Shown here: one piece after another, positions 14,980 to 29,529 of the stretch
How positions within the stretch are numbered: the stretch's first letter is position 1
Layout of the letters: the number at the start of each line of letters is the position of its first letter
Source: Octopus vulgaris
Taxonomy: Eukaryota
Assembly (NCBI GenBank): GCA_951406725.2
Contig: OX597820.1
Span: 52,638,001 to 52,702,000 of the forward strand
Direction: 5' to 3'
DNA: 64,000 bases
Notes under the pieces: model-generated
Told to the model about the DNA's origin: nothing
The model's input: the letters and a program-made list of their open reading frames with translations, nothing else
Database searches by the model: none
Position numbers and translations under genes: made by a program

Positions 14980-14983
<4 letters not shown>
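14455..14983 (+). mobile_element. Penelope-like element 3' end: GIY-YIG endonuclease C-terminus plus pLTR-like tail
   Basis: LSVFVLSLH..RLRREQELIFSLRSFAPLGLN resembles the PLE endonuclease terminal motif (R..EQ..IF.L.T..P.GLN). The tail acacctgtcttcgtcttttgtt is shared with the hammerhead-bearing copy at 63040-63220. It ends in (TA)n. Confidence 0.7.
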
Positions 14984-15014
<31 letters not shown>

Positions 15015-15162
15015 AGTATGTATGTATAACACACAAAAGAATATGCTGGCTTATAATTTAAAACGTACATGCATACATACAACATATGGATCATGGTTAC
15101 ACATTTTTAGAACAATATGTGTGTACGCACGTGTGTTCAGCTCGCTGTCGGTCTTTACATTC

Positions 15163-15169
<7 letters not shown>

Positions 15170-15245
<76 letters not shown>
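15170..15245. repeat. (TG)n microsatellite
   Basis: Direct observation. Confidence 0.95.
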
Positions 15246-15246
<1 letters not shown>

Positions 15247-15799
15247 ATGTCTGAATGTATACTACGTGTGCATACTTTTGTTGTGTCTATCTATTTCAAG
15301 GCGTGTGTGTTCAGTATAATTGTAACAAAAATAACATTGAATTAATGTTAATTAATTAGCCCTCTGCTTGTAGAATAATTAATAACATCTGCTTAGAATA
15401 GGAAATTGGGCATTCATGCGGTTGTATTTAGCTTCATGCTGTGACATTTACTGTTATTTTATTCCCAAGGACGGTGCAATAAGTTGTCCAACATCGGTTA
15501 ACTACATTGGTTTAATACCTCGCAGCGTTTGACTCCGTCTTTCGTCGTTTCGGGTTCACTTTCTTAGAAAGAAACTCTGTAGCTTCTTCATGAGTGAATA
15601 AAGCAACAGACGGAATATAGTTGGGACCGATATCGATTTAAAAGCGGTTATATAAATTTTGTAAAACACAATCATCTTAAGACGTTAGATAAACAATCAT
15701 TTATTCCAGTAGCTTTCAACACACCTCTCTTCATTTTGGTTAGAAAATCCCTACAGAACATATCTGCATTACATCAATCGAATAAAATCTCAGATCGGG

Positions 15800-15979
15800 C
15801 ATGGCTAGGCGTAAGCATGGTTGTGTCATTAAGAGGCACATATTGTAGCCTTGTGGATTCGGGTTCAGTCTCACTGCACGATACCTGTAGTAAGGGACTT
15901 CTACTATAACCTCAGACCGAAGCCATACCTTGAGAAGGAATTTGGTAGACGGAAACTATGTGGAAGCCTGCCGTAAGTG

Positions 15980-16011
<32 letters not shown>

Positions 16012-16146
16012 TATATACATATATATACATATATATATACATATATACATGCATATATATACATACATATATATACATATATACATACATATATATATAC
16101 ATATACATACATATATATATACATATATATACATATATATACATAC

Positions 16147-16177
<31 letters not shown>

Positions 16178-16190
16178 CAAATATACATAC

Positions 16191-16221
<31 letters not shown>

Positions 16222-16600
16222 CAAATATACATACACACACATATATATATATATACATATATATATACACACACATATACATATATACATACATATATAT
16301 ATACACACACACATATATATACATATATATATATATATAATAATAATGTATGTATGTATACATACATATATATGCATTTGTGCATATTTGTGTTTGTTCC
16401 CATCCTCACTTGAGAAACTCTATTCGTTTGCTTACGTACTCCTGAATCTTATCGGTTCGCCGAAAGAGTACAATGAACAAGTACCAGGCTTAAAAGAAAG
16501 TACATGGATCAACTTGTTAGACTTAACTGTTCAAGACAGTATCACAGCATGGTCGCAGTTAAATGAATGAAAGAAGCAAAAGATAAAAGAATAAAGAAAG
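15800..16600 (+). mobile_element. Diverged SINE family C with an internal TA/CA microsatellite expanded to about 400 bp
   Basis: Head gggttcagtctcactgc and ttggtagacggaaact lie before the tract; tail gcatggtcgcagttaaatga lies after it. Confidence 0.7.
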
Positions 16601-18369
16601 TTGATTTTACAGAATCTCGACCGTTTCTTACCCACAATCGAAGCAAAGAAAGAATCGAACTTAACTCATTAACGTCATTTCAATGCAATGAATTACAAGC
16701 CATCTATTTCAAAAGATTTCTGTGTACAAAATAATACAATCCACACTGAATATTGTTATCGGTATAAAAATTAAGCCGGAAAATTCTCTAAGCGGTTACC
16801 CGTCTCGTTTGAAAGAGCAACCAAGTCTTCCTCAAATATCAACCTACGGTCTTATAAATGGATGGAAACGCAGAGCTTAATCATAATATGGCATGTCTGA
16901 AAATAAGACCGAATTCTGATGTCTGGAAGGTATTTTAGCATTGATCTGCACGAACAGGGATGACCTGGGAGTAAAAACCAACGATTTGAGACAAAGCAAA
17001 CTTATTTAAATTCACATTAATAGCATTTTTCAGTTCACAGACGCCATTAATAATCCGGAAAAATCATGTGAAAGCTTCGTCTCTCCAACAACAACAAAAA
17101 TATAGATGAAAAATATACAGAAAGAAAGTAGAATCTCGTTGATCATCCGTAATCTGGTTTGCTTCAAAACTAGAGTAATTGACAATCGTTTAATACCCGT
17201 CTAATTCAACTCTTTCCACATCAGATACATCTGTGTTTGCTGACTCTTATCTAAGACAACAGAGCAGAAGCATGAATATACACAAATTGAAACACTATGT
17301 ATACATACATACACACACATATACATATATATATATATATATAACGCCTATACGCACACAGAAATACTTATATTAATAATCGCATGTTTTCATACACATA
17401 GCAAGCAAGACAAAACAAAACATGGAGTGAAAAACATTTCAAAGGTGATAAATATCTGCTAATATCCTTGGCCTTATTTCCTAGATTTATACACGACTTC
17501 CATCTGTTTGTTTCACGATAAACATTCGCTTTCTTTTGAACACCAAAATATCCAAATACCCGACCTGCATTCACACACGCGTACACACACATGCATACAT
17601 ACACACACAAACACACAGGCACACACAGAGACACATATCTCCCCACATATATATGTATATATACATACACACACAAACACAAATCCCCCGCACATATATG
17701 TGTATACACACACACATATATAAGTACATATATAAATTTATATGGATGCTTGTATGTCATTAGATTTAGAATGTAATTCTAGACGCATCGTGAAATATGA
17801 AAATAAATCTCTTCATTGTATATATATATATATATGCGTATGTGTGTACGCTTATGTATATAAACATACATATATATATATCTAAGTATGTTTATGCATG
17901 TATATATACATATGTGTGTGTATGTTTGTGTGTGTGTATATGTAAGTCCAGGTGCATCACTAAATAATGCATGGAGAAAGTGTGTGTGCATATGTTTATA
18001 TGTAAGTATGCTTCACAAACTGTGTGCATATTTTTGTATGCATGTATGCTTCCCAGACTTATATATTTCAAGCTTTCCACCTGTTTAGTCATTTATAAGA
18101 CGTCGACTTTCTAAGCATGCCACTCGCGGATGATGTATAGCTGTTAACAAATAAATGTTTATGTCGGTTATTCAAATTATTGTTATCAAAATATCTTTCT
18201 AAGATTTTATATTATATTTTATATTTTATCTTCTTTGTCCCCAGACAGGACCTCTTCTGTCCTGTCGGTCTATTTGCTGAAAATAGCAACTAAATCACCG
18301 TCAAAATTTACTAAGCTATCTTTAATACATTGGAAAGCAGCATAGGTAATGTGGTACTAGATCGAATGT

Positions 18370-18706
18370 TCTTGGTCATTTTTTATCTATGGACCCCTTT
18401 GAATACTATTTTATTCTGAGGGTCCCCCATGGCTATTCGATGTTTAAAAACTAGTTTTATAGAAACTTCTTCCAAAGTTCTTACTTTGTTTTTCACACCT
18501 TCACTTGTGTAGACCAAACTATGCAAAACATTAAAGAAAAAAGTCTAGCTGTTTCTTGCAATACATACCAATATATAAATATCAGGCAAAAAATTTTCAG
18601 GGGCCCTTAAAATAATATTTTGGATCCCCAATTTAATATTTTGTTGGACCCCAAAAATCTTATATCGACACTCAGGGGTCATATGGACCCCAGTTGAGAA
18701 ACACTT
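18370..18706 (+). mobile_element. hAT-type MITE, left end eroded
   Basis: Homologous to 46461-46794; right TIR gttgagaaacact. Confidence 0.7.
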
Positions 18707-18759
18707 GACGAGGCGAAAAAAGATGAGTTGGCCCGATTGGAATACCATTATCTGTAGGT

Positions 18760-19075
18760 GGAGGTGCGTGGCTTATCGGTGCGGGTATTCGGCTCAAGAT
18801 CGTAAGGCCGTATGTTCGATTCCCGGCGGCACGTTGTGTCCTTGAACAAGACACTTTATTTTACGTCCACTCAGCTGGCAAAAATGAGTTGTACGTGTAA
18901 TTCAAAGGGGCCAGCCTTTTATATTCTGCTTCACGTTGAATCTCCCTGAGAACTACATTAAGGGTACGCGCGTCTGTGGAGTGCTCAACCACGTACGAGT
19001 TAATTTCAAGAGCAGGCTCTTCCGTTGATCGTATCAGCTTGAACCCATTTCGTTGTAAACGATGGAATGTCAGAG
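18760..19075 (+). mobile_element. tRNA-derived SINE (family A head)
   Basis: ggaggtgcgtggcttatcggt...gttcgattccc; the body is shared with 45826-46010 (-). Confidence 0.75.
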
Positions 19076-19559
19076 AGTTGGTCTAGGGCAAACTGATCTG
19101 AGATTTAAAAGCGATACCAAGTAAGGCATCACTCCTCAAAAGTTTATTTTATTCTATTATGTCAACAACCTCTAAACAATTTATATCCAACACAAAAGAT
19201 ATCTCGTTAGTTTTTGCGGTATGTTAATGGTAATTAAGTTATGGACGGTAATGCACACTTAACTGGGAAGTTAATGCTACAGCTCGAACAATCTTCAATG
19301 ATTGCATCACAGCACATGTCAACAGCACCACTTGCAGCAGACCGCAACTGCTGATCACAGCAGTATTGTTCCATATTCGTAGACTTCATTGAAACTATAT
19401 CTGTGTCTGCCTCCTCTGTACTCGGGAAACGCGCACTACAACTTGCTAAGCACAAGACATATTTACATAGATACATGCAGGCACAAATACAGATAGAGAG
19501 AGAGAGTACATTATGCACAAATATGTATATGTATATGTATATATATATGTATGTATGTA

Positions 19560-19625
<66 letters not shown>

Positions 19626-19903
19626 CATATATGTCCTCGCCATGTCCTCTCTTCTTTGTTTCAGGCTTTTCAGCTTCCTTAGCAACTAAAATTGTGCAAT
19701 CAATCTCACACACTTTCCACCTAATTCATCTTTTTGTCTGCAAATATAAACTTTTGGAGATTCACGCTGGTCTTCAAACGCAATGACCTCACCATTTTAG
19801 GAATGTCTATAAACGCCAGTGCTTTATGTAAATACACATACACGCACACGTGTACATATATGCGTGTGTATGTATATTTATATACGTATGTGTGAGTGCG
19901 TGC

Positions 19904-19939
<36 letters not shown>

Positions 19940-20008
19940 GTGTGTGTGTGTATGTGCGTATGCAAAGTATGTATGTATAAATATATGATAGTATAAATAT
20001 ATTTATAC

Positions 20009-20039
<31 letters not shown>

Positions 20040-20271
20040 TATCATATGTCATATATTTTTTTTTGTTTTGTTTTTTTGTTTTTCCAGTTTCAGCTCTTGA
20101 GCTGTGGCCATGCTGGGGCACCGCCATTGTGGTGAAAGAGTACAGCAGGGATCACCACCCCCTATCGTATTTTAGGTGTTTTCGCTCAATAAACACACAC
20201 GCCCGGTCTGAGAATCGAAACCGCAATCCTGCGACCGCGAGTCCGCTGCCCTATAGGCCATTGCGCTCTAC

Positions 20272-20438
<167 letters not shown>

Positions 20439-20509
20439 TTTATTTATTTATCATATTTACATATCGAGAGAGAGGGAGAGAGGAAGAAAGAGAGAGAGAT
20501 GTATATATC

Positions 20510-20544
<35 letters not shown>

Positions 20545-21230
20545 CCGATGTCTTGATACTTTTCAGGGAGAGATATTTATACAAAACTCTAATCTCCTTC
20601 ATAGGAAAACTCTGATGTCAATGTTCTTGTTCTAGCGTTCCAGCTTCTTCATGAAGACTCCATGGTTGTTCTGCAGTATGAAAGTTTCTTGGGGCCTTGT
20701 CACAGCCAAAGGGAGTAATGTCAGGACTATAGGGAATGTGAGGTGTAGTTTTGATGCCCATCTCTGTCAAGGGGTTGTTTTGCGGCATGGAAGTCTGGAT
20801 TGGTGCATTGACCTGGTACAGGTGCCACCGACCCGAGTGGAAGAGCTCGCGACTTGTGCGACGATATTTCTTCCTGAACTCGCTCAAAACCTATGGAAAA
20901 AATATATTTTGTTCACCGTCTGACCAGAGGGTAACTAGTGGATATATATGATACCCTTGCAGTATAAAAAGGTTTCCAGTTGACTTGCTTTGCCTGCATG
21001 CTTCCATTCAGTACTCTGTCTCTTGGTCTCTAGGTCACAACAGTAGATCCAGCTTTCGTTATAGGTTACCAGAAATTGAAGTACTATAGGATTGGATGTA
21101 ATGAGCTCAACCATCACCTTGCTATCACCAATATGTTTTTCCCTCTGTTCATCATTAAGCACCCTGGGAACCAACTTTATAGAAATTTTGCGCATGTTCT
21201 TCATGAATAATTTTGTGTACATTTTCCACG
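20545..21230 (-). mobile_element. Mariner transposase relic (catalytic region)
   Basis: KLVPRVL, LVTYNESWIYCCDLETKRQSTEW (like TGDESW..YDPETKRQS) and PHIPYSPDITPF (YSPDL motif); frameshifted. Confidence 0.85.
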
Positions 21231-21239
21231 CAAAGTGAA

Positions 21240-21991
21240 AACTCTAATCTTATTTTCTTTCAAGCAAATTTACCGAACACATCGAGCAGAGACATTCTGT
21301 CAACTTTTGCCAAAAAATTGGTGATACTCAAATCCAAACCATCCAGAAAGCCTTTGGCGATGATGTCAAGGGCAAAACTCAGATCAAAGAGTGGTACAAC
21401 TGTTTCAAACATGGTAGTACCTAAACGGAGAGCGGAGCAAGCTCGGACAGGCCGTTCACAGGCCGAAATGTGGAGCCAACTGAGAAAGCTAGACGAATTG
21501 TTATGGCAGACCATCAAGTAACAATTCAGAAAATTACTCACGAAGTGGGGATAAGCACAGGATCAGTGCATTCCAATTTAATGGAATATTTGTGTACGTG
21601 GACAGTATCGGTGAAAACGAAATAATTTCGGATACCTTTCGAACGAACCTCGTAATTCAAGCTTTTCCGGACAAGAACAACACACTACTTGTTCGAAAGT
21701 CTTCTTACTCTCCCGACTTCGTACCATTTGAATTCTGGTATTTCTGCAAACAAAAAACTACGCTGAAAGGGAAGCAATTTACGTTGCGAGAGAAAATTAA
21801 GAAAAAAGCGACTGCGGAGCTCCATAACACTCCGGAGAAGGCGTTCGGGAGGTGTTCCCAGCAGTAGCAGAACCGCTGGGAGATGTGCGTGAACTCCCAA
21901 GGGAAGTATTTTGAAGGTGATTAAATAGAATCAGTGAAATATACAATTTTTTTTACGCCCAAAGATTGGATACTTTTGAACGCACTTCATA
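21240..21991 (+). mobile_element. Mariner relic, internally deleted, with right TIR
   Basis: N-terminal EQRHSVNFCQK..AFGDD..QIKEWYNCFK; then SYSPDFVPFEFW and RWEMCVNSQGKYFEGD*. The TIR ggatacttttgaacgcacttca is followed by TA. Confidence 0.85.
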
Positions 21992-24371
21992 TGTATGTGT
22001 GTATGTGTGTGTGTGTGCATATGTGTGTATGTGAGTGTATGTGTGTGAGTGTGTGTGCGTACGTGCGCGTGTGCGTGTGCGTGTGCGTGTGTGAAGGGAC
22101 ATGTATACCCGCACACACATAAATGTCATACACACAAAAACGTTATTTTTTCTTCACCGATTCTAGTGTATGAGTAAAACAGAGAATGGTGACGAGTGAG
22201 TAAACTTATGACCAAGCTGGCAACATTCCAACAGACGAGCCAAATGACAAATAGTGTTTCCCCATCTCCTCCGATTTACGACAACAGGTGCTCTAGGAAA
22301 AACAAAATGCGGGTCTCAATGGACCGTCACAATTTAGGCTCGGTGTTAAGTGCATTTCTGTTTTTGTTTTATTCTTTCCTTTTACTTTTCCACATTTAGT
22401 AAATATTAAATTAACTAAGATAAAGGACAGTCTCTTTAGTGTGCTAAACATTTTCTTGTCGAAAATGGCTATGGTTTCAATTACTGTTAATGATTTTGAG
22501 GTGGAGAGCATTGAAAAGAAAAGTAATTATAAATAATTACGTGATAAATGAAAAGCAACACTAAGTGAATGGTTAATAACATTTTGGTCGCAGACTGAGT
22601 GGTTAAAACATTTATTCGACACCTTCGTTTTGCAGCTATAAGTTCCTAGACTAATGCATTGTTATAGATACGTGTCATCCTAAGACCTTTCTGTGAATCA
22701 GGAAACAATTTAAGTAGCTCGTCTGATGACTTGTATTTGCAGTTCAAATGTCCAGCTTTATCATACTTGTGCTACGCTGATTCTCTCTGAGAAGTACTGA
22801 GAAGTTAAATTCTCAACCACTATGCTGACTATGCTCAAGCAATTGGATTCGTCGAAGCAGACGGAAGAGACAGGACCGTAAACCCTCCGGATAGAATACT
22901 GAGCTGCATTTATTTCGGCTTGCGCTGGCACTTGAAATAACGCAGAGGTAAACTTTGCTTTTCAGTCTTTAGGGATTGATAACATAAGTCCCAGTTGAGC
23001 ACTAGGGTTGATGCAATCGAATAACCTGTTATTGCCGGCCTTTGTAACCGTTATTTCAGTAATCGTGTGAGACAAATCCAGTTATCATTGGTCTTATTAA
23101 GATTTCCTATCTATGCATATAGTTCATAGTATTTCAGGAAGAAATTAAGAAATAATCACAAAGTAGATGTAGCCACGAATATTACGTATAATTTGAACAA
23201 ATACATATTAAATCACAGATGTTAATTACTTAGAGATGACATCCGCATAAAGAGCAAGTCAGCAATAGTTAAATAAGGGTTAATTATACTTAATGGAGCG
23301 ATTAACAAATCTTGGAGGAGGGAAGCTAGATTGTATGATTAAAGTTAATATAGCATATTATATGTTACAATTCCTTTAGAGTAAGAGACTATAGAGATGT
23401 GGTATCAGGTTTAGACTCAGCTGAATATCTGATGATACAGCTTCAGTATTCATTAGAATCAAGGGAGGTCATAGAAGAGAATCGGCAAAACAAATTATTA
23501 AGCGCGTTTCAGTACATATTTACGTCTGTCGACATTCAGATTCCCAATATTACCCATGTCAAATTTCTATTTCATCCTCCTACGGCCGAAAAGATAGTTG
23601 GTACTTGTCTTGTCATAGTCTGGAGACTATGACAAGTCCCAGGCTACGACAAGTCTATCAATACCGATGAGTAAAGTCTTCAGCAACTTTAAGAATAAAT
23701 GCATTTGGCTTCATTATGGAAATGGAATCACTATGCTCCCTAAATATCTCTCTCACTCACTCACACACAGGGACAGACTTGGCCTTTCTCTCTCACAAAC
23801 TTTCTCTCTATCTCACTCTTTATTCCGCTCATATGCAAATACGCACACACGCACATACACACACATACGTACGCTTTATCCATCTCGCTCGCTCTGTTTT
23901 AAATCATAGACTTAGAAATCTATCAAAAGACACTAATAATGTACGGTGAGTGCTTCAGAGTACATATTTTTTATCTCAGTAATTGAAACACAGATCCACT
24001 TTTGATTACCATATACAGTCAGTTCATTTATACATCACTTCGAATAGTTTTAAAGCGGCACGAACAGCACAAAATAACGATGTACGGATACACAATATTT
24101 AGTTATTCTATATCAATTTTGTTTTATTCTGTAATCGATAGTATGAATTATTTAGTTATTTTATCAGTCTCTGTTTCTTTCTCATTCAAAAAAAAAAAAA
24201 AAAATTGCAGAAAAACGGTGTCCAATGATATTTCGACATTCTTTACTATATTTATTTATTTATTCTAATCAGTCTATCATACGAAGAAGCAGAGATATTT
24301 CACTTCGCAACTGACATAAGATAGCAATCAACCACTACAGTAGTTTATGCAGTTTACGAAGTTTCTGGTTG

Positions 24372-24419
<48 letters not shown>

Positions 24420-24469
24420 CGCACACACACATATATATATATTGTTGTGTCTTTTGTTGCCTTGTTATT

Positions 24470-24680
24470 TAACACCCTCTGTCAACAACTATTGAAAAGG
24501 TTGAAAGACGCAAAGAAAATTTTGGAAAAATAAATAAGTAAATGAGTGGAAACTTTACCGGTGAGAGTGTTAAATAAAAATGCACTAAAGAGAATGACTC
24601 TCCCCAGACACAATAAAATATGCTTCGACTCAGAAGCTCACAAACAGAATCTTGCAAACCAGATCCCCAAAGGAAATGTA
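24470..24680 (+). mobile_element. TA-embedded short repeat (family D) with a hammerhead-like variant motif
   Basis: A second copy lies inverted at 39680-39865. Confidence 0.7.
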
Positions 24681-24691
24681 TATATATATAT

Positions 24692-24730
<39 letters not shown>

Positions 24731-24927
24731 CCAGAAAATTCATACACACACAAACTTTATTTGTAGATTAACAAAGCTTCGAAGGGATTCGTGTGGAAAG
24801 GTTATCCACAAGTCTTTATTATAAGTCCACATTCCAATTAGAAAAAACTGACAATCGTCTTCACTTTGCATGAAAAGATCATGTGTGTGTAGGTAGGCGG
24901 GTAGATAGATGGATAGAAGGAAAGACA

Positions 24928-25350
<423 letters not shown>

Positions 25351-26012
25351 ATGCGTAGTGTTTCATCAAATAATATATATATATAAAAGCACAAAATGAG
25401 CAGTGGAAAATGGCTCAAAGGTTAAACTGGTGTGTATTTGAAATGACTATTAAGATAGCTCTACTGGCGAATGGGAGATAATCTCAAACATCGAATATTT
25501 TGCCTTTATGTAAAAGGAGAGTTTTATGGTTTGGAGATAAGAGAACAACCATGGACACGTATTTCTTACTCTAAATTACCATCATCATCAAGACAAATGC
25601 ACGAATTTACTTCCAGTAGCCAAAGAACAAATTAGAAAACAATTAGTGTTTAGGTAATTTACTTAATTTAAACAAAGAATGATCTAAGGGAAATAATTCA
25701 AAATAGCTGGTGACATGTACTTGAATACCGTAGATAAGTGCAGGCATGTCAAATAACATACAACGTAATTTCTTCATGCGTGTATATGTTTGTGTATGTG
25801 AGAGGTGGTGTATTGATTATACATGAAGGGCTTCCACACAGTTTCTGCAAATCAAATTCACCCACATCGCCTGACCAGGGCCTATATTGTAAGAATACTT
25901 AGCTTGTATATATATACACAAATTCAGGCTGCATTTATTTATATATGTTTATATGTTTTTATGTATGCATAGGTATGTATGTAGATAGCTAGATAGCTAG
26001 ATAGATAGATAT

Positions 26013-26097
26013 ATACATACATACATACATACATACATACATACATACATACATACATACATACATACATACATACATACATACATACATACATACA

Positions 26098-26125
<28 letters not shown>
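26013..26125. repeat. (ATAC)n microsatellite
   Basis: Direct observation. Confidence 0.95.
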
Positions 26126-26127
<2 letters not shown>

Positions 26128-26128
<1 letters not shown>

Positions 26129-26272
26129 GGAGTTTCCTCCGGTTCCGAAGAAGAGCGTCTGCTTGAAACGTGAAACCATCTTTCTTTCCTTTCCTGAGTG
26201 TCTGCTAATACGTTACACGTACCACATCCTTGCGTTGTTGGTTTTTTGTGTTTGTTCTATTTTGGATGTACT
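26128..26272 (+). mobile_element. Diverged pLTR-like repeat (family E) with a decayed hammerhead
   Basis: ggtt-CCGAAGA-a-gagc gtct gctt-GAAA-cgtg-aaacc; the downstream part matches the reverse complement of 35761-35860. Confidence 0.65.
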
Positions 26273-29200
26273 ACATACATACATACATACATACATACAT
26301 ACATACATACATACGTATACATGATAACGATGATGCCGGACATTCTGTACCATGCAATTACGGTTGTCGCAGCAGCAGTAGATGATGATGATGATGATGA
26401 TGTCGATGGTGATGAATTGGAAAACATTTTTAATTGTAATTCTTGAATAATTATTTCTTCTTTCCATTCTTCTATTCTTCCATTCCTTTCTCAATCCGTT
26501 CATTACCGATTATTTTCTACGTACATTTATCCCGTTCATTCTTGTTCATACTTAGTCCATGAAAATTCCATCCTTTGTTGGTTGATTCGTAGAAAAATAT
26601 TTCTCTTTGTTTCTTCTGTTCGAGCTCAAATTCCATGGTTCATAAGCGCCGACTAATATTTAAACTACTACTACTACTACTGCTGCTGCTGCTACTGCTG
26701 CTAGTACTACTACTTCTCTTCCTCCTCCTCCTACTACTACAACTTCTACTACTACCGTTACTTCTCTACTCTTCCTCTTACCCTCGTTCGCTTACTACTA
26801 CTACTACTACTACTACTAAAAATACTACTACAGCCTAAGCTGCTACTACTGCTACTACAACTTCTCCTTCTCCTCCTCCTATTCCTCTTCTCTGCTATTA
26901 CTACTATTACTACTGCCACTACTACTGTTATTACTACTATCACTACTGCTGCTCATACTACTGCTGCTGCTGCTACAGCTGCTGTTACTACTATAACTAT
27001 TACTATTAGTTCTACTTCTCCTCCTCCTCCTCCTACTATTACTAATATTCTTACTACAATCACTACCAGTACGGCTGTTACTACAGCTACCATTACTACT
27101 ACTCCTACTATACTACTATTACTATTATCGTTACGCCCACTTCTAGTTGTAAAGGTACTATGAACATTAAGACACTTATTACTGGTAACAATGCAACCGA
27201 TGCAGTCACAATGACGACCATCACAACTATTCTGTTGACCATTGCCATCACAAACAAGTCACTGAGAATAATATATTCCATAAATGAAGCGCAATACCCG
27301 AGTGCGCGCAGGCATACGTACGCGCACACACACACACACACACACACAGATATAGATATATATATATATAACACTAGAATATCACTAGAGGAGTATTTAA
27401 TATTTCGACCGGGGCGTTCCTCATATATCATCCAGCTATTCGCCTTATTTCTGTAAGCATTTCTGTAAGTATATATATATATATATATATATACAAGATA
27501 AGAAAATGGAGAAATACATCTAAATCAAATACAAGATAAGAAAATGGATGGATATACGTTATCCCATAGAGGGTTGCATATATGTTTATATGTTTTTATG
27601 TATGCATCTATCTCAATTTGTATATATATATATATATATATATATATGCGTCCCAACCACATGGCTTCGGTTTCAGTCCCACAGCGTGACACTTTGGGCT
27701 AGATATTTCTGCTATAGCTTCTGGCCGAGCAAATCTTTGTGTGTAAGATAAATAGATAGACAGATAGATAGACAGGCAAATAGAGAGACTGAGAAATAGA
27801 TAGATAGATAGATAGATATATAGATAGATAGATAGAAAAAGAGAGAAAGAAACACGAAGTCTTTGTTTATACTGCGTTACGGGACGCATAGGTCTATAAA
27901 CTACCTCCAGTTTGAGCTCACATTCTTTTCCTTTTCCTTCTTTGTTTTTGGCTCAAATTTAACTGGTTCTCGCGGTTATAATGTTTAGTGCCAGCTGCAC
28001 ACGCGCTGTCTCGTCATGCGTTTGTCTTCCGATGCACTTCTCACTGCACAGTTTTGCATGCTGAGGTTTTGGCAGGTGCAGAAAGTGATATCGTACGAGT
28101 GTAAGATAGACTACCACCATGTTCAGCAGCAGCAGCTAAGATCAGCTTTAGACAAAGCTTTTCTTAATTATAATTACTAAGGCCCTTCCCTGGGCCCATT
28201 ACTAACTACGGCGGAGTTATGTACAACAGCTTTACCATAGGCACAAGGTAAAATATTTGAGACGGAAAAATGAAATTTATCGATCCCGCAAACTTCCGGG
28301 TTTTAAAAACCTTCATTCTTCATTCTTCTCAAATATCTGGCCGAGTGCCTAGAAGCCTGCAATTTTGAATGGCAAACTTCCGTTTTACCCGGAAGTTGAA
28401 CTCAAAACGAAAAAAGAGCTAGAGTAAATACGGCAATGCATTTAACCGATGCTGCAACTAATCTTCCAAATTGATGGTAATTCGATGAAGGTTTATTTAC
28501 AAAGGGTTCTGATGATGATAGTGATACTGACGATAATGACGATGATGACATTGGTGGTTCTAAAAGCAGTCATGAAGTTGATGCTGATGATGCTGCTGCT
28601 GCTGCTGCTGATGATGATGATGATGATTGTAATTGTGCTGTCAGGGATGAAGACAGAGGTGATTATGATGATGATGTTGTTGCTGATAATGATGGTGGTT
28701 GTAGTAGTAGTGGTGGTGCTGCTGCTGCTGCTGGAGGTGGTGGTGGTGGTGATGGTAGTGTAGTTGTGATGATGACGTCTACTCTGATGTTGTTCATGTC
28801 GATGATGTTGATGTCGACGATGACAATTCCGACGAGAACGATGATGACGATGCTGATGATTCTGATGATAATGGTGGTGAGGAGGAGTAGGAGTAGGAGG
28901 GTCAGATGATGTTGACGACCTCCATGAGGAAGTTCATGGTTGTAGTGAAGTTGGTGATAATAATTATTAGATTTACAACATATATGATAAATTTTAACAA
29001 TAAGGTTTTCGGGGAAGACTGAGACCGCCCTGCTTTCCTCCCTAGTTACAAAGTGTGTCCTCTTCATTTTAATCCCAGCTTCCGAACAATTGAGACAAAA
29101 GTAGTACCATTAAACAATTTGACCATTTCTCTATCTCTCTCTCTCTATCTCTCCCTCCCTCATTCTCTCTGGTCTCTCTCTTCTTCCTCTCTCTCAATCT

Positions 29201-29289
29201 GTAACACTTTCTCATGCAGTATATCTTAAACTTAGCAGAATATATATATGTATGTATGTATATATGTATGTATATATGTATATATGTAG

Positions 29290-29460
29290 TGCAAATGTAC
29301 AAAACACAAAAAAAAAACGGAGATAGGTGAATGAACAACAGAGACAAGGCGTATTGGTTTGACACTCAGCAAAAATAGAAACGACTTTGACGTTTGACGT
29401 TTCGAGCCTACGCTCTTCGATAGAAAGAAGTAGGGGAATAAAACAGAGAAAAAATGTCAT
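29290..29460 (-). mobile_element. pLTR-like repeat (family F) with a decayed hammerhead at 29393-29426
   Basis: Minus strand ttt-CTATCGA-a-gagc gtag gctc-GAAA-cg-tc-aaa; homologous to 63040-63220. Confidence 0.65.
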
Positions 29461-29465
29461 TCATT

Positions 29466-29529
<64 letters not shown>

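Noticed and set aside
15904-16570. Long ORFs rich in YI/HT/CV (also 3400-3770, 54586-55117, 60155-60740 and many others)
   Set aside because: They are translations of dinucleotide microsatellites that lack stop codons, not proteins.
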